Source: Fimbriosthenelais zetlandica (Eukaryota). From it: a DNA stretch of 64,000 nt. The DNA lies in NCBI GenBank assembly GCA_977030845.1, contig OZ365118.1, forward strand, positions 18,910,001 to 18,974,000. Reading direction: 5' to 3'. Shown here in pieces: positions 52,701-61,328 of this stretch (its first letter is position 1; each line of letters opens with the position of its first letter). The notes beneath the pieces were generated by a model, which saw only the letters and a list, made by a program, of their open reading frames with translations, searched no databases and had not been told where the DNA came from. The position numbers were made by a program, and so were the translations under genes.

Positions 52701-55700
52701 GGTCTATCAGTAAGCGTGTAATGGGGCATGTCAGGATAAGGCATCTGTCTGATGACGGGGCAATACTGGCCTATATACCAACATGGTCAACCTCAAGATA
52801 TAGCCCGGTCCCAGCGGACGCCAGATACGGGGCAGAGTAAAGTGCAACATTCATGTAGGTTGAGCTGTATATATGCGGGCCTGGGTCTAAGGTGGCACCA
52901 GGGGAGGCGGAACCATCACAGAACCAAGGCTGGAGATCTTTCATCTTTTCTATATTTAACCATCTTCATCCCTAACCTCATGAGCATGCATGGAAATAAT
53001 CCAAAGTGAATGGTCGATGTCTGAAGATATTCATGGCAACATTTTTCATTGAGAAAATACTTCTTATGGCAGAGGGCTATAATTTGGGATCATTTTTTTA
53101 AATGTCTTGGATATTACACTGGGGTTTGGGAGTAGATTTGAGGGTAAGATTCCCGGATGGCCAGGGCCAGGGAAGGTGGAGGATGAGGGAGCTTTTGACT
53201 AGGTAATACAGGGTGGCATCAGACATGAAAATTCAATATCAGCAGCACAAAGTAAACATATCAGACCAGCGTATACATGCTATCCCCACTATACCGCCTT
53301 ACAACGCCAGGTCCGGGAGGACAGCACAGAGACTTTAACTTTTACACGCCTAATAAATCTTCAACTCCAAGGAAAAATAATATATATATTAACTATCCAG
53401 CTATTTTACTTTTGAAATGAATGTGCCTTGGATAATATGCTGACGCCAATGCTTTTATGCTATTAATGCACCAGTAGCCTACCCAGATGCATATTTCCTT
53501 GGGTTTTGTGTCAGCAATTTCAACATAGCAACTGGACTAGACGCCCCAGCACCCAGTAAGGGACTGCCATGAGGATGATATGGGTGAAGGTGGGAGAATG
53601 GGCGGTTAATCACACATCAATGTTAGAATTATCTGTATGGATTAACCGCTTAATCGTGACAATGGGGGATGAATGGGATTACCCTGAGATGAATTACTCC
53701 CGGCATTTTTATAGATGACTTTGATTGTTTGATGTGACAAGGGAATTAACTGCCAGGTTTGATGCGCAACAAACATTTGATTGAATTGAGCTGCTTTTTC
53801 TACCAGAATCAACTCTTCTTTCCTGAATACAAATGTAGCTTGTTTTGGATTGTTCCCACCAACTGCTGGAGAATATTCAATTTCACTTCAATCTTCACAG
53901 GCATATAAAGAACACATCCATTTCGTTTTGTGATGATCCTTTTGGGAGTAAATAAAGAAGAGAGCCTATGAATGTAATCACATGTAAATATAGGCTCATT
54001 CAGGGTCTCTAAGTGTAACCAGAGACGCGCAGATAAAGAAACATGGCGGGGATTGTTTTAAATGTTATTTTTAAACCATGATGAAGACTGACAGGAGACT
54101 GAGGTCTTCTGTCAATGTCTGTATTTAGCGTGTTGACCCGGGGTGAGATTACAAGACCGGATGAGACCATGATGGCAGAGGAAACGCTGACTACGACCCA
54201 GAGAAGAGAAAGTCAGGATCCCAAGGAGGAATGTTACAAGCTAATGTTAGCTGCACTGGATGGAGAAAGACAATGGTAAATGTTAAGATTGCTTGGGGAA
54301 CTGAACCCGGGACCTCCGACATTCCCGCCTGAGCCACAGACCCACCACCACGGATGTAGATTTTTCACCCCAGAAATGACCAAGCCATACCAGTCAATGT
54401 TAGTGGGCAGGTGTCCAGTCCTTTCTGGACATCATTACATGTCCACTCACTCTCCCTCTATTGACCACTGCCTCTCCTACTCCGGCCAAATACTGGCCAC
54501 TGGTACTGACTATAGCCTTTGAGGCTAGCGTTTCCATAGCACCCTGGGGCAGGCCTATTGTTAGGTAGAGAGGGTCTAGAGTACTGGTCACTTGGATACC
54601 TCAGGGGGCTGAATACCCCGCCCAATTAACCCCCCGGTCCTCCATTCATACCCCGACAAGTGTGGGTGAAGGGGATAAGATGGGATTAAACCTTTTTCCC
54701 TCTTCCTCCAATACCCTCCCTTAAAAAACATTACATTCAAACTCAACAGAATCAAAGGGACGCCTGACAAAAAACTGCCCAATCTAAATTGTACTAAAGA
54801 GTTCTTGGTGCTTTTTTACGAGAAATTCTAAACTTAAAGGTTATATGAAAAGGTTTATAAAAGGATAATATATATAAGTATATCATATAAATTGCTGGTA
54901 ATGTAAAACAAATGAAGTAATGTAACAAGCTGCAGCCAGCCTCTAGTCTGAGCTAACTCTCTCCCACCACGCCCAGACATTAAATAAGCTTTCCTAGAGG
55001 ATAAGCTGTCTTTGATCAACTGCTGGAATGTTCCACAAAAACTCCATAGCTTCAGGGAGAAATGTGGTGCAACAAATGTATGTTGTATTTCGTAAAGTGT
55101 TTGAGGAAAAGATCCATGGTTGAAAAGCAGCAGTGGAAACTTCTAACAGCATAATTGAACTGAGGAAAATTACCCTCGAACCATTTCAGCAAATCCGGAG
55201 TGTTATTCTGCTTTTTAGAATATATTTTTTGTTGTTGAGAGAACTTTTTTCTTCCTGGGTCTTTTCTATACATACAAGTAGCATATATTTGAGAGTGCAA
55301 TGTCATTGAAGCCATCTCCAGACGACTGTGAGAGATTTAACTCAGCTTTCTTCACAAGGAGTCTACCTGAGCTGGCTCAGTGGAGGCAAACTTAGCTTAA
55401 TCTCATTGTAAAACATCATCAAAGAGAAAGTTAGAATTTCTCCCCCGTTTGAAGTAGACTTACCCAGAGTCTCCTTGTCGGAGTATAAACTTGAAATCAT
55501 CTTTGGCTTTAATACAAGTTCTACTGTGGAGGAGTTCTTCTTTATAACAGGGGGTGGATCCATACTCCTCATAGTCGGCGCACGGGGCTGGGTATTTAAT
55601 CCTGGTCACTATTGAATGCTGGCTCACACTCATCTCATGGCGAGACTCCCATACTTCACTATTGTCCTTGTAGCGAGCCTCGCTGATCCACACTCGCCGT

Positions 55701-55758
55701 GTGTCCTCGGGGACCGCCTGCCACAGGAACGTCGGCAAGCTGCATTGTCCGCCGATCT
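22509..55758 (-). CDS. Multi-exon gene (5'-incomplete): Cys-rich, probably GPI-anchored extracellular protein with two tandem ~290-aa modules, DUF7042/7043/7044-like
   Basis: 14 exons with canonical AG/GT ends and matching phases: 55758-55464, 50597-50533, 49698-49621, 41374-41295, 38471-38354, 36650-36559, 34475-34343, 33578-33377, 32910-32843, 32741-32637, 30350-30165, 28945-28848, 28454-28313, 22756-22509. They total 1910 nt in one open frame to a TGA at 22511-22509. Paired motifs recur in the two halves: QCSLP/ECHFP, YTCLKV/FTCINF, ICDDD/LCDFQ, VPCPLNGG/ENCGLGG, FECW/FYCE. The family assignment is from recalled motif patterns, not a database search. Confidence 0.87.
27172..27185. promoter_or_regulatory. 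RFX X-box-like site in intron 13
   Basis: GTTAGCTTGGCAAC inside a CpG-rich patch (27080-27340). Confidence 0.3.
28313..28454 (-). CDS. Exon 13 (IIRMNAHKSTKEPW...YEVIFNINH)
   Basis: Acceptor tttaattttacag, donor ACA|gtaagt, phase 0 to 1, 142 nt. Confidence 0.87.
28848..28945 (-). CDS. Exon 12 (EFYCESLLTLPELNYRLLVTRQEVETGDHYACW)
   Basis: Acceptor ctctttgccttgtag, donor TGG|gtaagt, phase 1 to 0, 98 nt. Confidence 0.9.
29669..29888. mobile_element. MITE with 15-bp perfect TIRs and TA target-site duplication (Tc1/mariner-type signature)
   Basis: TA|CTCAGCTCACCGACT (29667-29683) ... AGTCGGTGAGCTGAG|TA (29874-29890); AT-rich non-coding interior. Confidence 0.65.
30165..30350 (-). CDS. Exon 11 (SVARLESENCGLGG...SLRSCKNTDSREHQ)
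   Basis: Acceptor tgtctttatctgtag, donor AAG|gtaact, phase 1 to 1, 186 nt. Confidence 0.9.
30376..30445. repeat. Perfect 35-bp tandem duplication
   Basis: gagtaatcatagactagacaacatgtcatcataca x2, just upstream of the exon 11 acceptor. Confidence 0.95.
30505..30848. repeat. 29-31-bp minisatellite (ataggcacactcaatacctatagaggctat), about 11.5 copies
   Basis: Seen directly. Confidence 0.95.
32449..32464 (-). promoter_or_regulatory. CTCF-like site
   Basis: Reverse complement ACACCAGGTGGCAGCA matches CCACCAGGTGGCAGCA at 15 of 16 positions. Confidence 0.35.
32637..32741 (-). CDS. Exon 10 (SKSDRGDKSFDLCDFQDDPPPIGNMYRSEELKTMF)
   Basis: Acceptor ttttccatgttttcag, donor TCT|gtaagt, phase 1 to 1, 105 nt. 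Confidence 0.88.
32843..32910 (-). CDS. Exon 9 (CRPRFTCINFVYQDSGNILRFRL)
   Basis: Acceptor tttttcttttccag, donor TAT|gtaagt, phase 2 to 1, 68 nt. Confidence 0.9.
33213..33334. repeat. (GA)n-rich microsatellite in intron 8
   Basis: Seen directly. Confidence 0.95.
33377..33578 (-). CDS. Exon 8, start of module 2 (ELAPSLSPECHFPTEYQGEW...SVYDNG)
   Basis: Acceptor tttgtcgttttcag, donor CTG|gtacgt, phase 1 to 2, 202 nt; has the C-x-F-P-x-x-x-x-G-x-W module-start motif. Confidence 0.92.
34343..34475 (-). CDS. Exon 7 (RVPRHFDGVDVMTAKFYFSAVTPLIERGMPPANIRHLELRLTRS)
   Basis: Acceptor tgtctgtctgttacag, donor GTG|gtacgt, phase 0 to 1, 133 nt. Confidence 0.87.
36559..36650 (-). CDS. Exon 6 (EKSFECWTFWTEEQFLFMFLAEKDKQARYVM)
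   Basis: Acceptor ttctctttctctttgcag, donor ATG|gtaagg, phase 1 to 0, 92 nt. Confidence 0.88.
38354..38471 (-). CDS. Exon 5 (RLCSRIWRPSRLESECVVGDGVTFLFPEKPCSPFYNKAK)
   Basis: Acceptor ttttgtcgtttcag, donor AAG|gtgagt, phase 0 to 1, 118 nt. Confidence 0.9.
41295..41374 (-). CDS. Exon 4 (ALTRQEWVPCPLNGGYNFDAFLNDRKR)
   Basis: Acceptor tctctttttcttgcag, donor CGG|gtaagt, phase 1 to 0, 80 nt. Confidence 0.9.
42272..42335 (+). mobile_element. Possible decayed tRNA-derived SINE head
   Basis: aatgatagg-tctgac-cggcagg...gggtttgaatc loosely resembles tRNA D-arm, anticodon and T-loop segments; heavily diverged. Confidence 0.25.
43365..43476. repeat. Three diverged copies of a ~45-bp unit (cttcttttcgtatactacatcc)
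   Basis: Seen directly. Confidence 0.75.
44119..44202. repeat. C-rich repeat (ctacccctgcctatacc-type)
   Basis: Seen directly. Confidence 0.8.
44881..45124. repeat. Diverged ~120-126-bp tandem duplication
   Basis: Both copies begin tctgctaacaggtaaagctctggt (44881, 45007) and end taagtgacaaa(a/g)ctcaac. Confidence 0.9.
45655..45785. repeat. G-rich minisatellite (gggggtggggctgtggggagggatg-type)
   Basis: Seen directly. Confidence 0.9.
47400..47540. repeat. C/A-rich low-complexity repeat (cctacccaccctacacac)
   Basis: Seen directly. Confidence 0.85.
49277..49345. repeat. 12-bp repeat (ggYgggggagaa)
   Basis: Seen directly. Confidence 0.9.
49621..49698 (-). CDS. Exon 3 (ASKLKTTLDLSICDDDNLIRIDWPWI)
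   Basis: Acceptor ctctctttttctccag, donor TAG|gtttgt, phase 1 to 1, 78 nt. Confidence 0.88.
50533..50597 (-). CDS. Exon 2 (FEKYTCLKVLQRGKSIIQVWS)
   Basis: Acceptor ttttttattgctttctag, donor CTG|gtaagt, phase 2 to 1, 65 nt. Confidence 0.9.
54295..54339 (-). mobile_element. Decayed tRNA-derived SINE head or tRNA pseudogene fragment
   Basis: Minus strand has A-box-like TGGCTCAGGCGG and B-box-like GGTTCAGTTCC with shortened spacing; no full cloverleaf. Confidence 0.4.
55464..55758 (-). CDS. Exon 1 of visible model (EIGGQCSLPTFLW...FILRQGDSG)
   Basis: Acceptor tttcgtttttcag, donor TGG|gtaagt, phase 1 to 2; lies within ORF 55460-56008. Confidence 0.9.
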
Positions 55759-58700
55759 CTGAAAAACGAAACACAAAAGTATCACTTTTATTGCCGCCCG
55801 TCTCTGAGGACATCTTAGGTTTATATACTGAGAGGAGGAGGCTGGGAAAGCGAGCTGCTCTTGTCACAAGGGTGGTGAGCAGTCCCATGGTGGGGGTGCG
55901 GGGAGAAAGCGGACAGGGCGGTGGGGCGGGTTGATAACTGGGCCCTGTGTTATTGAATCTAGCACCTGGTAATTGGATAGGAACACAGCCATTTAGACCA
56001 AGGCTCACACATTAACTTGTCATTTACTCTGTATGGCTGAGATGTACATCTGATCGGCAAATGTCATTATTACTTACTATAGTCATTGTCAGAGGTGCTT
56101 AGATATGCTCCACCGAGAACGAGCTCGGGAACTCGGGGAAGAAATTGATTTCATTTTGGAGGATGGAATGATAGCAGGTTTTACTTCACCAATGTTTTGC
56201 CGGGTGTTTTCTACAGGGACAATGTGGACGGCTGCGGGGAACGCCCGCCGGGACGCGCGGACCACCCATTCATAATTTAATCAGGGTTACAGATAAAAAT
56301 ATCGCTTATCAGTGGCAAGTGATGAATTTACATAGGAGCGATGGCGGGGAGGGATAAAGATGGAGCAGAGAGGGGCTGGGGTCCCGGGGGGACATGTCAA
56401 GGACCGCTACAATAGAACATCAATATGAGGCAGCTGTGATAAGCTGAACATTGCTTCATAGAGAAACAGCCAGTTATGATCACCTCTAGCGCTATAGCCA
56501 TATATGGTATAGCCATACTTATATGACAAAACTTCCAGAATCTGTACTACTTAGGGCTTAAATATACCCAAGATATATGACAGCCATCCACCTTTATCAA
56601 AGAAGAAATCTACAATTTACCAAATACTATGAACTCTCATAGGTTTGAACAGATTTTAACATTAAGGCTTTGTCAAATCACATATAGGATAGCCTATAAG
56701 TCCATGCCTCCAGCCTTCAATATGGATGTATGGAGAGTCTAACATCGTGTTCATATTGTGGAGATAATTCTCCAGGACAAGTCATTAGCTCTTCATCTGT
56801 TTTTATGTAGGATAGCGGGGTATTTCAGACCGTCCTTGATGCTTCCTACAAGTTTCTTCACAGACAACACCGCCTCCAACTACAATAGGAGGGGATCAAA
56901 CAAAATTCTTAGTACTAAAATCTCTGCTATATGCCTATTAGTTATCAATCCTTTACAGTTTCCAAATAAAGGACATTTTTATCGACTTGGAGGCCTGTCT
57001 TTGAGAGCCAGCTAACACCACACGGCAGCCATTTTACTGTTGGACATCTAAAAAGCCAGCAGAAAAAGTCTGTGAAGGAGCCTGGGGTTAGAAGCTTTAC
57101 TGAAGTTCTCAGATACTGTATACAATGTCCGTTTTTTGCTGAAGCTTGATTAATCTCGCACTTTGGGACAGTCATATCAAAGATGCGCATTGTTATACGG
57201 TGGATGGAATCATCTGATATTAGCCAAATATCCATCATGTTCACAAATTATACCTCCATTACCAGGCACTTCTAACAATGCTGCTAAAGCCATTAGATAA
57301 CCTAACATTTCAAACGATCCCTTACGAAAGTTTTTTCAGAAAGATTTGCATGTCCTCTGGCACAATTTGGGAATTCACTGTTCATCTAAGACCAAGCTTT
57401 AGAGTTACTCATAGTAGGTATGTCGCCTTGGAATGTTCTAGAAGTCATTAAAAAGCTAATTTGACTTAACACGTGTCCTCTGGGTCACGACCCATTTTAC
57501 CATGGTGATTGAATCCCATAAATCTTCCTCTTTTTCCGCCTAATTAATCATCTTCCCCTAATTATCCCTCAAGCAACCTTTATAGGAGAAGCTGACACAT
57601 AGCTTTGCTCCATAATATGATTAATGAGCGTGTAATTGATTTACTACACTGAGAAATCAAATCACAAACAAGCCAAGGCAAAAAGCATTACTTGTTGGAT
57701 CCGACGTGTCTTGTCAGGCCGCGTATTTTATTCACATTGGATTATACATAACTATACTGGGTGTTTTTAGGCTCATCCCACCCCGCCTGAGTTACTCATC
57801 CATGTCTGGCTGTTATATATATGAGAGCAGCTCGCAGTTAAAGTCTAACTATTTGCTCGTCACTGACGACCACACCGCCGCCTACCGGCCGTGATTTTTC
57901 TATTCATCGCTTCGTTGCATATTGATAGGAGGCACCGGAAGTAGCGCTGTCGACGGTTTATTTTCCTCCACACCAGTGAGAGGATTTTGTCATCTGACTT
58001 CCGGTATTCTCTTCAATGTTTTTTCCTCCCACCAGGGGGCATGTGTGTTCCTCGAGTCACACAGCTGTACAAGTCTCTGCCTTTTGTTCTCGGTAATATT
58101 TAAGAGTCCCTTGCCAAGACTGACAATCAATTGCTTGCCGGGTGGGCACACTTGTTGGTTTAAGAGTATAACAAGATGTAATGGCTGGTTTATTGTCTCC
58201 GCCAATATTCCTCATAACAAAGCTACCATTATTCCCATTATTATACTTGACCTAAATCAAACATTTCCCTCCTACAAAAATGTCTCCCACTAAGATAATG
58301 GTGATTCATTTTCCTGCCTTACAAGTGGAATGAGGCTCAAAAATTAGCTTCATTCCAGCATAAAATGATGGCCAAAGCGAGGCTGAATGGGAAGCCATTT
58401 GTGTCAATCGACCAAGGCGCATCTCCATATCTCAGCGCCGGAGTATGGCTGCAATGTTTATACTACAACAATTGATACAATCACGAGGAAATGAGAAATG
58501 AAAACAAGAAAAACTGGAGATAAAAGATCTCCTATTTACAAGATCACCTCCTGTTACAAACTGCCTTTCTGATTTCCAGCAATCATTAGTATTAATATAT
58601 GGGCAAGGAAACGTTGAAAACAAGCAGGGATGAGGCGAGCAATGAAGCTTTAGTCTATATGACATGATAAATGAGCAGAGTAAAGGACTAACAACTGTTA

Positions 58701-61161
58701 TCTGTATATGGCCGCTCCCTCATAATGCCCGCAGCAGTGGCCACGGTTAACAAGGCTACAAGATGGACTAGTGACCATTTACAATCTAGTCAAAACCAGC
58801 TCCCCAAGGTCCAGGCTTTTTAGAAACTATTATAGCCAAATGTCTGCCTCTATGATATGCGAGCCTTCACTATCTCTCGCCACCAGTTTTGCTAAATTAA
58901 ACATATCGATCAGCAATATGAATATATGGACCTCCACAGGCCAGTCTGGTAATGGGTGGATAATGAATGAATACACTGGAATGAGGGTACAATGCTGGCC
59001 AATTATATTAAAGTATGATTAATATATTTAATCAATTGTAACTTATATCACTGGCAATGTTTTTGCAGGGTCATTTCTGGTATTTGGCAAACTGAATTTA
59101 TCTTCCAGCCCCAACCCCAACCCAGCACGTTGGAACAATGTAATCCAGTGATATCAAGTGTGTATTCATCAATCTATAAGCACTGTAGTAGCCTATCATC
59201 TACCACTGACGAATATCTTATCATGTTTGGGATTGCCTCACAAAGATACCTTGCATTCTTGTTATGATATTCTCAAAGAACAAAGACATGTATTCACATA
59301 TCACCATAAACAGAGGGAGGGGTTACTCAATAATTAAATGAGAAATGAATTTCAGGAGATACCCCGCTCAACTAATGGTCGTGGTAGGCATGTGTGAAAC
59401 GGTACACAGGTCCTCTGTCCGGCTTGACCAATGGAGTGGGCCTGGACCATCCATCACCGGTCAGTTTGTCATTACCCCGCGCTGGGAAGCATTAGGGTGG
59501 GTCCATGCTGACCAGGGATAGGCCTAACTGACCAGAGCCCTACCCCCTATAGATGATAGCCCTGGCCCAACCTCCGGCCCTTCATAAGCCAGCCAGATTT
59601 ACTCTTTCTCTTACCAGAGGTCGCTTCTGCCGACCCTTGAACCTGAGCAGAGCGCATGGGTAGTATATATAGGGCCCTTTGAGAGGAGAGGAAGGGCCTG
59701 GACCCCTACATCACCCCAGCACTGCTGCTATTATGTACAAGGCTTACTCTTTATAATGCTTAGATTGCATTAAAGCTTCAAGGTGGAAATTGTACATCAT
59801 TTTAAGGTGTAAAGAGTTTTAATTAGGGCTGCATGAGGGGGAAGTCTCATCTACAGGGAATTAGGTCCTACATCTGATGGATTAGGCTACCATTGATTCA
59901 TGTTCGGGCAACTTTATATTTCTTGTGCCAACTCGCTGTCTTTTAGGCCAGTTCTTGACTGTGATGCAGCTTTGTCACTCATACCAAATCAATAGAGTAG
60001 AATATATGAGCCAGCTCTATGTACACCCCACGTTCACATCTATATAGTCTAGTCACAATGAGATGTATCTAGATCTTCACAACCTCTGTGTCTGACAGAC
60101 TTATTCAGATGAATGTATTGGTCTGGAATAATACTGGGTGTCTAATATGAGACAAGAATACATTGTATTATAGTATCAAGTAGTACTACATGTATATAGT
60201 GAAGGATTGGACCATTGCCTAAACTGGTGCTTGGAGGACCGCCTGGTAAAAAGGCCCATTTATCATCAATGTTTTTGTTGATGGCCCCTTTATCATATGA
60301 TGCAGATCAGTGGTGACGTGGAGAATCCATTTTTGTTCTTAACCTGTTTGCACCCCGCCTAATTCTGGGCGGCAGTCAGGGGGAGTGATGTGTTTATAGG
60401 TGGAGGGTCGTCAAGCTAAACTGACGCCACATCTCACACCACCTCACCTCACAAACACAGCTATCATGGTGCTGGGGTTTAACAATTATCAGCTCTTTAA
60501 CAGGTTCTCTATGGCAATATTGAAATATTCAATTCCAACATTCATAGATTCAGAAAGGATGGCGAATGTCAACTCTTATGAAGTCACTGAACTACCATCA
60601 AATTCTGAACTAGAGTAAAAATGCATTAGCATCTTTAGGTATCTTGTCTTGCATATATTTGAATTGTTCTCATTAGTTGTTGTCAATATAAGATAATGAA
60701 GAGTAAGTTGTTTCCAGCCTATAGTGGTAGTAGTAAACCATCAGTTTGTTCTCAATGAACCCACCACCACCACCGTCCAGACAGCTGGTGTATGTGTTGT
60801 AGACAATAGTGTGACGCCCTAATCATGGCGCTATAGTGTATCCTATAGTAGTTAATGCCCCCCACCCACCCACCACCCCTCCCCAGACCAGCACATGCGA
60901 CCTATTGTTTTGTATATGCCAGGCGAGCAATTGGTGAGGTGGTGGAGTGGTAGCATCACGACACCCGCTCATGTTCCCGTCTCCGCCCATCCTCGGGATT
61001 AGTTCCATGGTGGAGGCTGGCAGTGAGGCGTTGACAGTGTGGTAGGTAATAAATCTGCACGGTCCCCTCTGATCAACCTCCTGGATGGGTGAGGTGGTCA
61101 GCTGACCGTGGAGCAACGACACACTAAGCTCCGGCTCCTCCTGTACAGGCGGGCGGGCTGG

Positions 61162-61328
61162 GAGGGGGGGCAGGGAGGTCCTCCAGGCTGCATGTAGAGG
61201 GGGGCAGGGCGGCCCTCCCGCTCCTCCAGGCTACATGTAGAGGGGGGCAGGGCGGCCCTCCAGGCTTCATGTAGAGGGGGGCAGGGAAACTCTCCCGCTC
61301 CTCCAGGCTACATGTAAAGGGGCAGGGA
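61162..61328. repeat. Minisatellite with core cctccaggctNcatgtagagggggcaggg, 4 copies
   Basis: Seen directly. Confidence 0.9.
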
